Below are positions 19,100-27,186 of a stretch of 64,000 nt of DNA, piece after piece; within the stretch, counting starts at the first letter, position 1, and every line of letters starts with the position of its first letter. Under the pieces are notes generated by a model. It was not told the DNA's origin and did no database searches. It worked only from the letters and a program-made list of their open reading frames with translations. Location: positions 124,001 to 188,000 of the IMG/VR virus record IMGVR_UViG_3300043410_001471; one strand, written 5' to 3'. The position numbers and the translations under genes are program-made.

Positions 19100-19900
19100 A
19101 TGGCACAAAGTATTATACTAAAGCGTTCCTCGCTTCCTGGCAAAGTACCAGATACGGGCTCATTGAATGTCGGTGAAATTGCAATAAATACCTACGATGG
19201 TAAATTATTTATCAAGCGTTCTGGTAATATAGATTCAATTGAAGGAATTGTAGCAACGAATTCAACTACAACCGGCTCAATAACTTTAACAAAAACAGGT
19301 TCTTTTGGGGAATTGGTAGTAATACAAGATGCTAATGTTGGTAGAGATTTATATGTAACAAATCATATTATAGGTGCTGGGGATATTGATATAAGTGGAG
19401 ATATCACAGGTAGTTCTGCATTATTAAGTGGTAGTTTAATTCTAAGTGGTTCTCAAACCATTACAAATAACTTAGTTGTTTTAGGTGAAGTTAATGCTAG
19501 ACAATTTAATATTTCGGTAATTTCATCATCCGTATTATTTCAAAGTGGTTCAACAAAATTTGGAGATACATTAGATGATATACATTCATTCACAGGCTCA
19601 GTATCGGTAACAGGTTCGTTTTTGGTTAATGGAACTGAAGTCGGTGTAGCAGCAGGACCAAATACATTTGATTTTAATTTAGACCCGGATGCTGCTGGAA
19701 CTGTAAATTTTGTAGAAGATTCTACCGGAAATACTCAAGCCGTAGCAAGAACGGGTTCATTTGATGTTCTAATTGCTGGAAATACCCATTTATCGATTAG
19801 TGCATCTTCTATGAATGTAACGACCGGAAGTATAACGGCAAACTACATGCATTTGGCAAAATACATAACAACAGCAGGAGATTTGGATTTTAATATTTAA
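19100..19900 (+). CDS. Short fibre-family protein (Mtd-N-like anchor)
   Basis: KRSSLPGKVP...GEIAINTYDGKLF; FGDTLDDIHSFTGS motif; C-terminal LDFNI. Confidence 0.7.
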   Translation: MAQSIILKRSSLPGKVPDTGSLNVGEIAINTYDGKLFIKRSGNIDSIEGIVATNSTTTGSITLTKTGSFGELVVIQDANVGRDLYVTNHIIGAGDIDISGDITGSSALLSGSLILSGSQTITNNLVVLGEVNARQFNISVISSSVLFQSGSTKFGDTLDDIHSFTGSVSVTGSFLVNGTEVGVAAGPNTFDFNLDPDAAGTVNFVEDSTGNTQAVARTGSFDVLIAGNTHLSISASSMNVTTGSITANYMHLAKYITTAGDLDFNI

Positions 19901-19903
19901 ACA

Positions 19904-19911
19904 TATTTATA
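19904..19911 (+). promoter_or_regulatory. Putative late promoter TATTTATA
   Basis: In the 30-nt gap before 19931. Confidence 0.65.
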
Positions 19912-19930
19912 AGAAACATAAAAGTATTAG

Positions 19931-22615
19931 ATGGCAGCAATATTTCAATTAAGAAGAGGTTCGGGTTCGGTATCTTTATCAGATGGCGAATTATATTTAC
20001 ATAAAACTTCGGGTTCACTTCAAGTTTCATTAGGAGATGCAAATCCGATAACTTTAGCTAGATTAGACCAACCAAACTCTGGCTCACTACATATAGCGGG
20101 CAATATTACCGCATCTAATGCATATTTTAGTGGAGATGTTGCAATTTCCGGTAATTTATTTTTAGGAAATACATCAGGAGATAACATTAGTGTTCCAGGT
20201 GTGTTTACAACTAATTTAGTTCCAGGTACAAACGGAACTTTGGATTTAGGAACAAGTGGTGCAAAATGGAGAACATTATGGGCAAATAGTGTTACGGCAT
20301 CTTTATCAGGTAGTGTAAATGGTATTGATGTTACATCTTTGAATCAAAGAGTAGGTTCTTTAGAAAGTGAAAGTAGTAGTTTAGAAACAAGAGCAGCTTC
20401 TTTAGCAATAATTTCTGGCTCATTGATATCAACCGCATCATCTCACGAAGAAAGAAATGCAAGTTTAGCAACAATAACTGGTTCTTTAATTTCAACTGCA
20501 TCATCCCATGAAACGAGAAATGCAAGTTTAGCAACGATAACAGGTTCGTTGATTCTAACCGCATCATCACATGAAGAAAGAAATGCAAGTTTAGCAACAA
20601 TTAGTGGTTCTTTAATTTCAACTGCTTCTAATCACGAACAAAGATTAACTAATTTTGAAATCGAAAGTGGTTCATATGCTAGAATAAATACAGCAAACTC
20701 ATTTGTAGGAAATCAAACTATCACAGGTTCATTAATAGTAAGTGGTTCAAATGTTGAATTAAATATTATATGGCCTGATTCTGGAAGTGAAAAGCATATA
20801 ATTAAAACAGATGGATTTACAGTTGATAATAGAGAATATGCTTATTCGGCAGTTGCGTTAGAACATTATGAAGATGGGCAAGGCGCTTTACATAACGCAT
20901 TGGCTATGTATATGTTTGACCCAACGGATACATATGGTTCATTGTTATCAGTTGGACCATACAGAGCACAAATGCAAATGTATCCATCCGGTTCTGGTGG
21001 AAATGTTGCAAATATATCGGTACAAGATTTAAAAGATGGAACGACTCAAGCATTAGTATATGCTGATTTTGTACAAATTGGAGCATTTCATGCTGAATCT
21101 ATTATTATAGGTAATAGTGGTTCGGTAATTGAAATATCCGGAAGTATTAAAAATTCACAATTAAATGCAATTGGTGTTATAACCGGTTCATTAATTAGTT
21201 CCGCATCATCACATGATGTACGATTTGCAAGTTTGGCAATCACTACCGGCTCATTAATTGAAACTGCTTCTAATCACGAACAAAGAATTGGAAGTATAGA
21301 ATCATACACATCATCTTTAAAAACAGCAATTGAATTAACTGGTTCATCTGTAACCATTTTAGGTAATTTAGTTGTTAAAGGTACACAAACTACAATCGAT
21401 TCAACAACTATTCAAATTGGTGATAATGTAATTGAATTGAATGGTTCAGCAAATACAAATGGTGGATTAATAGTTAAAGACCCTACGGGTGGTTCGATTG
21501 TATCTGGTTCATTACTATGGGATGCAACCAATGATTATTGGAAAGGTGGAATTAAAGATGGTGAATCAAAAATATTATTAGCAGGTGGAGATGATGTGGT
21601 TTCGGGTTCATCCCAAATTACATTGGAATCCATAAGTGGATTTGATACATATAATTCAGCATTAAGAGCTATCACAGGCTCATTAATTAGTTCTGCTAGT
21701 TCATTTGAAGATAGAAATTCAAATTTAGCAACTATTACGGGTTCATTAATTAATTCAGCATCTTCTTTTGAAAGTAGAAATGCAAATTTAGCAAATATTA
21801 GTGGTTCATTAATATTAACTGCATCTGCAAATACAATCTCTATATCAAATTTAAATGTAGAAACAGCAAGTTTAGAAGATAGAGCAATAGCATTAGCAAC
21901 AATTAGTGGTTCATTAATATCAACTGCTTCTTTAAATACAATCGCTATTTCAAACTTAAATAGTGAAACGGCTAGTTTAGAAGATAGAGCAGTTGCATTG
22001 GCAACAATTAGTGGTTCATTGATATTAACTGCATCTGCGAATGTAATTTCAATAACTAATTTAAATTCACTATCGGCATCGATTCTTACTCAATTACAAA
22101 CATTAGCAACTGAAACGGCTAGTTTAGAAACAAGAGCAATAGAGATTGGTATAGTAACGGCTAGTTTAATTAGTTCAGCTAGTTCATTTGAAAATAGATT
22201 TACTAATTTAGCAACTGAAACGGCTAGTTTAGAAACAAGAGCAACTCAAATAGGAATTGTATCAGCATCATTGATAGGTTCGGCATCTTCATTTGAAAAT
22301 AGATTTGCCGATTTAGCAATTGAAACTGGAAGTTTAGAAACAAGAGCAACTACTTTAGCACAAGTAACCTCATCTTTAATAAACGCTACGGCTAGTTTAT
22401 TTTGGACAGGTTCAGACCACGAGAGTAGAATTGATTTATTAGAATATACAGCATCTATTTCAGTAGGAGCTGGATTAGCAGCTGAATTTACTAAGATAAA
22501 TCAATGGACTGCATCGACTGATACGAGAATAGATGCATTGGAAGCATATTCAGCATCATACGCACAATACTTTACTTATAGTGGAAGTGAATTCCATATA
22601 GATTTTAATGTGTAA
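19931..22615 (+). CDS. Long fibre protein with coiled-coil repeats
   Basis: FQLRRGS N-terminus, DLGTSGAKWRTLWA motif, 21-aa repeats, C-terminal IDFNV. Confidence 0.75.
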   Translation: MAAIFQLRRGSGSVSLSDGELYLHKTSGSLQVSLGDANPITLARLDQPNSGSLHIAGNITASNAYFSGDVAISGNLFLGNTSGDNISVPGVFTTNLVPGTNGTLDLGTSGAKWRTLWANSVTASLSGSVNGIDVTSLNQRVGSLESESSSLETRAASLAIISGSLISTASSHEERNASLATITGSLISTASSHETRNASLATITGSLILTASSHEERNASLATISGSLISTASNHEQRLTNFEIESGSYARINTANSFVGNQTITGSLIVSGSNVELNIIWPDSGSEKHIIKTDGFTVDNREYAYSAVALEHYEDGQGALHNALAMYMFDPTDTYGSLLSVGPYRAQMQMYPSGSGGNVANISVQDLKDGTTQALVYADFVQIGAFHAESIIIGNSGSVIEISGSIKNSQLNAIGVITGSLISSASSHDVRFASLAITTGSLIETASNHEQRIGSIESYTSSLKTAIELTGSSVTILGNLVVKGTQTTIDSTTIQIGDNVIELNGSANTNGGLIVKDPTGGSIVSGSLLWDATNDYWKGGIKDGESKILLAGGDDVVSGSSQITLESISGFDTYNSALRAITGSLISSASSFEDRNSNLATITGSLINSASSFESRNANLANISGSLILTASANTISISNLNVETASLEDRAIALATISGSLISTASLNTIAISNLNSETASLEDRAVALATISGSLILTASANVISITNLNSLSASILTQLQTLATETASLETRAIEIGIVTASLISSASSFENRFTNLATETASLETRATQIGIVSASLIGSASSFENRFADLAIETGSLETRATTLAQVTSSLINATASLFWTGSDHESRIDLLEYTASISVGAGLAAEFTKINQWTASTDTRIDALEAYSASYAQYFTYSGSEFHIDFNV
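20399..20650 (+). repeat. Four tandem 63-nt (21-aa, three-heptad) repeats SLATITGSLISTASSHEERNA
   Basis: Copies start at 20399 and 20462 and continue with a 63-nt period; related degenerate copies occur at about 21.65-22.4 kb. Confidence 0.85.
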
Positions 22616-22633
22616 TTTTCATAAAAAAATAGA

Positions 22634-22641
22634 TATTTATA
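22634..22641 (+). promoter_or_regulatory. Putative late promoter TATTTATA
   Basis: Intergenic before the S74 fibre gene. Confidence 0.65.
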
Positions 22642-22683
22642 AACATATAATTAATTAATCGTACTAAAAAAAAGGTAAACTAG

Positions 22684-24378
22684 ATGGCACTTAAATTTAG
22701 ACGTGGGACAACCGCACAAAAATCAGGTTCGTTAGCATTCGGAGAACCATATGTGAACACCACATTGGGGACATTACAAATCGGACTTGATACCGGAGAT
22801 GTAACACTTGCATCTTCAAATGGTTTAATTTCCGGCTCATCTCAATTGACAAGTTCTTATGATGAAAGATACGAAACACAGGGTAGAGGTATCATCTCAT
22901 CATCTGCGCAAATCGATTTATTGTTCGATATAGATGGTTTAGTTAGTGGTTCATCTCAAATCACTTTACAATCTACCACTGGATTTACTACATACGATTC
23001 AGCATTATCTACTATTACAGGTTCATTGATTAGTTCAGCTTCCGCTAATACTATATCAATAAATAATTTAAATTCATTTAGTGGGTCACAATTAACTCAA
23101 AATGCAAGTTTAGCAACGATTAGTGGTTCATTGATTAGTTCAGCATCAACTGCAAAAACTACAAATGATTCTCAAGATACTTCGATAGCAAATCTAAATT
23201 CATATACCTCTTCTTTACAAGCGGGTATTCAAATGACAGGTTCGACAGTTTCTTTCTTAGGAAATATCATAGTATATGGTACACAATCTGTAATCAATTC
23301 ACAAAATGTTTCGATTTCGGATAATATTCTTTATCTATCACCAACTGCATCTATTGATAATGATTTGGGTATTGTAGGACATTACAATGATGGAACATAT
23401 AGACACGCTGGTATCTTTATGGATGCTAGTGATGGTCATACTTGGAAAGTGTTTAATGGTTTAACTGATGAGACATCTGCGCAAGTAGATGTTAATGGTA
23501 ATGGATTTACATTAGCAGATTTCAAAGCAGGTGCAATTACAGGTACTTCATTCAATGGTACAATAAACGCAACAAATGGTGTAGTTTCCGGCTCATCTCA
23601 ATTAATTGGAATATTAGGTTCATTGAACACATATACAGGTTCAAATGATACTACTAATACGACACAAAATACAAGATTAACGGCATTAGAAGCATCAGCA
23701 TCTACTGCATTATCTACAAATAATACACAAGATACTTCAATTACAAATATAAATTCATTCACTTCTTCAATCAATACAACGATTAAGAATAAATTGAATA
23801 CCGAAACTGTAATTAGTGGTTCTTCGCAAGTTCAATTGGGTTCAGCAAGTGGTAATATCGCTTTAGCAACTCAAACAACAGGTGATTATGTTGCAAGTTT
23901 AGTAGCTGGTACGGGTGTAACAATTACAAATAATAGTGGAGAAAATGCAACTCCGACAATTGCAATTGGACAAGCGGTAGCAACTACATCAACACCAACA
24001 TTTGGTAATTTAACAATTAACGGAACTATCACGGCAACGGGTGATATTACCGCATACTATACTTCAGATAAAAGACATAAGAATAACATTCAAACTATAC
24101 CAAACGCTTTAGAGAAAGTATCTAAATTAAACGGTGTAACTTGGGAATGGAATGAAGATGTAAATGAAGTAACTAAATCAACACCTAAGACTGGTTTAAT
24201 CGCACAAGAAGTTCAGGAAGTTTTACCTGAAGTAGTTGTTGAAAGAGAAAATGGTTTCTTAGGATTAGACTATTCAAAAATGATGGGTCTAATGGTTGAG
24301 GCAATTAAAGAACAACAAACGCAAATACACAATTTAACTTTACAAATAGAAGAGTTAAAGAAGCAAAAAGGGTTATAA
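22684..24378 (+). CDS. Tail fibre with C-terminal intramolecular chaperone (peptidase S74)
   Basis: ITATGDITAYYTSDKRHKNNIQTIPNALEKVSKLNGVTWEW...GLIAQEVQEVLPEVV...LMVEAIKEQQ. Confidence 0.88.
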   Translation: MALKFRRGTTAQKSGSLAFGEPYVNTTLGTLQIGLDTGDVTLASSNGLISGSSQLTSSYDERYETQGRGIISSSAQIDLLFDIDGLVSGSSQITLQSTTGFTTYDSALSTITGSLISSASANTISINNLNSFSGSQLTQNASLATISGSLISSASTAKTTNDSQDTSIANLNSYTSSLQAGIQMTGSTVSFLGNIIVYGTQSVINSQNVSISDNILYLSPTASIDNDLGIVGHYNDGTYRHAGIFMDASDGHTWKVFNGLTDETSAQVDVNGNGFTLADFKAGAITGTSFNGTINATNGVVSGSSQLIGILGSLNTYTGSNDTTNTTQNTRLTALEASASTALSTNNTQDTSITNINSFTSSINTTIKNKLNTETVISGSSQVQLGSASGNIALATQTTGDYVASLVAGTGVTITNNSGENATPTIAIGQAVATTSTPTFGNLTINGTITATGDITAYYTSDKRHKNNIQTIPNALEKVSKLNGVTWEWNEDVNEVTKSTPKTGLIAQEVQEVLPEVVVERENGFLGLDYSKMMGLMVEAIKEQQTQIHNLTLQIEELKKQKGL

Positions 24379-24381
24379 TTA

Positions 24382-25380
24382 ATGTATGATGTTTACTACA
24401 CCACCGCTGGAGGACCTTGGTTCAACAGCGGTGCTGATATATGGGTAACTAATTGGATAAAAGAAGTGGCACCTCATTTAGAAGTGAAGCCACTTCTTCT
24501 TTTCCATAGACATAAACCCCAAAACTACGAAGAATTTCCAATCGATATTGACCATATTTGGGAAACATCGGAAGATGAAATAATAAAAATATTAGATAGT
24601 GCTAGAAGGATACACATACTACATGGTCATTATACTCCAACCAGAGCTATTCATCAAAATTTGGAAAAGATTGATTCAATCGTTTTTCACAATTTAACAA
24701 AAGTGTCTTTGATGGCACAAATACAAAAAGATGAATACCTACATTGGTATGGTAATTGGGAATATGAATCTGAATTAATAGATAAGATTAAACATAAAGT
24801 TTGGGTAGGATTATATCATTTTCCATATAAAACGGAAAACTTACATCACATTCCAAATAACTACGAATTTATACAAAACAACGAACTTTCGAAATCCACA
24901 CAAATTGGATATGCGGCAAGAGTTGAAGGTAGAAAAAATGTAGAATATATGGATGGGTTAGGTGGATATATTTCAACTAATTCAGAAACATTTAACAAAT
25001 ACTACAAAAAGAAGTATGGTTTCAAATTCGAAAAAGCCAAAGTTTACAAATTTGATTACAAATTTAAAGAAAGGTTCTATGGACTTGATTGGGGAATCTC
25101 TCATTCTTGCTTTCAGCACGAACCCTTCGGATACGGAATATTTGAGGCAGTTGATTTCGGAAAGCTTCCCATACTACATGAGAATTGGCATGTTCCACTT
25201 GACTACAAATACAAAGCTAGTGATGCGGAATCATTTAAAAAGACCTACCAAACGATTTGTGAGGATGATTACGAAACCCGTAAAAAGGAATTCGAAAAAC
25301 TTAAAAATTGGATGATAGACCACTTCGGAAATAAAGATGTGTGGAAAGAAAAACTTTTAGATATTTATAACGGAGAATAA
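24382..25380 (+). CDS. Glycosyltransferase (GT-B fold, GT4-like)
   Basis: GYAARVEGRKN and the E-x7-E motif EPFGYGIFEAVDFGKLPIL. Confidence 0.75.
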   Translation: MYDVYYTTAGGPWFNSGADIWVTNWIKEVAPHLEVKPLLLFHRHKPQNYEEFPIDIDHIWETSEDEIIKILDSARRIHILHGHYTPTRAIHQNLEKIDSIVFHNLTKVSLMAQIQKDEYLHWYGNWEYESELIDKIKHKVWVGLYHFPYKTENLHHIPNNYEFIQNNELSKSTQIGYAARVEGRKNVEYMDGLGGYISTNSETFNKYYKKKYGFKFEKAKVYKFDYKFKERFYGLDWGISHSCFQHEPFGYGIFEAVDFGKLPILHENWHVPLDYKYKASDAESFKKTYQTICEDDYETRKKEFEKLKNWMIDHFGNKDVWKEKLLDIYNGE

Positions 25381-25390
25381 TACTTAACAA

Positions 25391-27118
25391 ATGGCAAGAA
25401 CAAATTTATCATTAGGTAACTTATATAGAGCAGTAAGTGGTTCAGTTAGAGCTGGGGCAGTTTCATTGGGTGGTTTATCCGGTGGAACATCAAATAGTTC
25501 TATGATTGGATTCGCAACTGATGCAATTAGTATAAGTTTACCAACATATACATACATCGTAGAAAGTACTACGGAAAATGCACAATTTTCATTTTCAACA
25601 ACAGGCTCATTGTTCTATTCTAAAGTACAAGGTGTAGCAAACAATTTTACTTGTTCATTTAATAATGCAAACTTTTCAGTAGGTTCACAAACTAAAACTT
25701 CTGGACCATCGGTATTTCCAATCACACCGGCAGCAATTAACGCTTCAAACTATTCCGAAGCATCCGCTACTTTAACTATGGCATACGCTGATGGGTATAA
25801 CACTGCGGCAACAAATTACAATACACCATCTACAAAAGTATTATATGCAGTAGATGTTTATAATACAATTAACCAACCTGATTTTTGTTTATTATTTGGT
25901 ACACAAATTCAATTAGAAGATGGTACATCGGTAAATGTTGAAGATTTGAATGTGGGTGATGTGATTAAGGCGTGGGTGCCAGCAGGATTGCCTGATGAAA
26001 CTCAAGACCCTGAATCGGACCAAGTTGATTGGAGATTCTATCATACATCTATTTTATCAGGTTCTGCACAAACTGTAACTGTAAAAGATGTTACATTTAA
26101 TTTTGCCGAAGGATATTTCTCTATTAATAATGGATTGATTAAAGCAACCGAAACCCATCCTCTGTATGTTTGGGATAATGAGATTGAAAAATACAAATTC
26201 AAAAATATAGGAGATATATTGCCTGGTGATAGATTGGTAATGGAAGATGAAACTGAAATAGATGTAACGAATATAGAAGTTGTCATTGAAGATGTTGAAA
26301 TTGTAACTGTGAATGTTGAAAATGCCGATGTGTATATTTCAAATGGTTTAATTTCTCATAATAAGGGAACAACGGCACAACCATTTATCCCATCTTCGGG
26401 TTTGAGAATGTACTTAGACCCATCGAAGGCAGCATCTACATCAGGAACCGATACAGCAGACTGGTTAGATTTGGGTGGATATGGAACAGGTGTTAGACCT
26501 GCAGCCGTAAGTAACGCAGCCGGAATTAGTGGTGGAAATCCAACTTATAATAATGGTGCAACTAGAATTGATAAATATTGGTCTTTATCTACTAATAAGT
26601 TTTGGTACAAAGATGGTACAACCAACATTAATGGTGGATATACACAATTTAATACATCAGCATATTCGGTGATAGCTTGGGTAAGATTTACATCGCATCC
26701 TTCAAATGGATATTATCAAATATTTAATAAACAAACTACATCTGGAACTGCAAATAGAATCATATCACTTTATTTAAATTCAAATGGTAGTGGTACTTAT
26801 TTTATACATGATGGAACAAATGTTCAATATAGTAGTAGTACATTTACATTGAGTTTGAACACTTGGTATATGATTTCGTATACTGCGGCATTAAATGGTA
26901 CGAATGTAGGATATACCGATAAAACATCGAGAGGAACTATATCAAATGGTTCACAAGATTATACTACATCGGCATTGATTCAAGTTGGTGGTAACTTTGC
27001 AGAAAATGGTTATTACTTTAATGGACAAATGGGGCCTGTATTATTCTACAATAGACAATTAAGTGGAACTGAAATAGGACAAGTATATGATTATTTCCAA
27101 CCAACATATCGACCTTAA
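25391..27118 (+). CDS. Virion protein: N-terminal domain + Hint (intein-like) domain + LamG/ConA-like lectin
   Basis: CLLFGTQI...ATETHP...VYISNGLISHN, then YLDP...SVIAWVR...WYMISYT...FNGQMGPVLFYNRQLS. Confidence 0.85.
   Translation: MARTNLSLGNLYRAVSGSVRAGAVSLGGLSGGTSNSSMIGFATDAISISLPTYTYIVESTTENAQFSFSTTGSLFYSKVQGVANNFTCSFNNANFSVGSQTKTSGPSVFPITPAAINASNYSEASATLTMAYADGYNTAATNYNTPSTKVLYAVDVYNTINQPDFCLLFGTQIQLEDGTSVNVEDLNVGDVIKAWVPAGLPDETQDPESDQVDWRFYHTSILSGSAQTVTVKDVTFNFAEGYFSINNGLIKATETHPLYVWDNEIEKYKFKNIGDILPGDRLVMEDETEIDVTNIEVVIEDVEIVTVNVENADVYISNGLISHNKGTTAQPFIPSSGLRMYLDPSKAASTSGTDTADWLDLGGYGTGVRPAAVSNAAGISGGNPTYNNGATRIDKYWSLSTNKFWYKDGTTNINGGYTQFNTSAYSVIAWVRFTSHPSNGYYQIFNKQTTSGTANRIISLYLNSNGSGTYFIHDGTNVQYSSSTFTLSLNTWYMISYTAALNGTNVGYTDKTSRGTISNGSQDYTTSALIQVGGNFAENGYYFNGQMGPVLFYNRQLSGTEIGQVYDYFQPTYRP
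25886..26362 (+). other. Hint domain (bacterial intein-like), 159 aa, no homing endonuclease
   Basis: Cys166 at position 1 (TGT 25886), block B TETH, terminal His-Asn (26357-26362); the next residue is Lys. Confidence 0.85.
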
Positions 27119-27142
27119 TTGATGTTTTGGAAATAAATTTTA

Positions 27143-27150
27143 TATTTATA
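27143..27150 (+). promoter_or_regulatory. Putative late promoter TATTTATA
   Basis: Intergenic before the sheath gene. Confidence 0.7.
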
Positions 27151-27186
27151 TTGAGATAATAAAAATTTTTAAAATAAGCATATAAA

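Noticed and set aside
11676-24378. Host O-glycosylation sequons D-(S/T)-(A/I/L/V/M/T) in the fibre proteins
   Set aside because: Many matches are expected by chance in Ser/Thr-rich sequence, and the Bacteroidota system acts in the periplasm, not on cytoplasmically assembled virions.
25886-26362. Canonical mobile intein with homing endonuclease
   Set aside because: Too short, no LAGLIDADG or HNH insert, Lys at +1 and a non-conserved host site; it fits a BIL-type Hint domain instead.
11676-27118. Diversity-generating retroelement acting on the Mtd-N-like fibres
   Set aside because: No reverse transcriptase and no template/variable repeat pair differing only at adenines in this window; the shared blocks differ at synonymous sites of all kinds.
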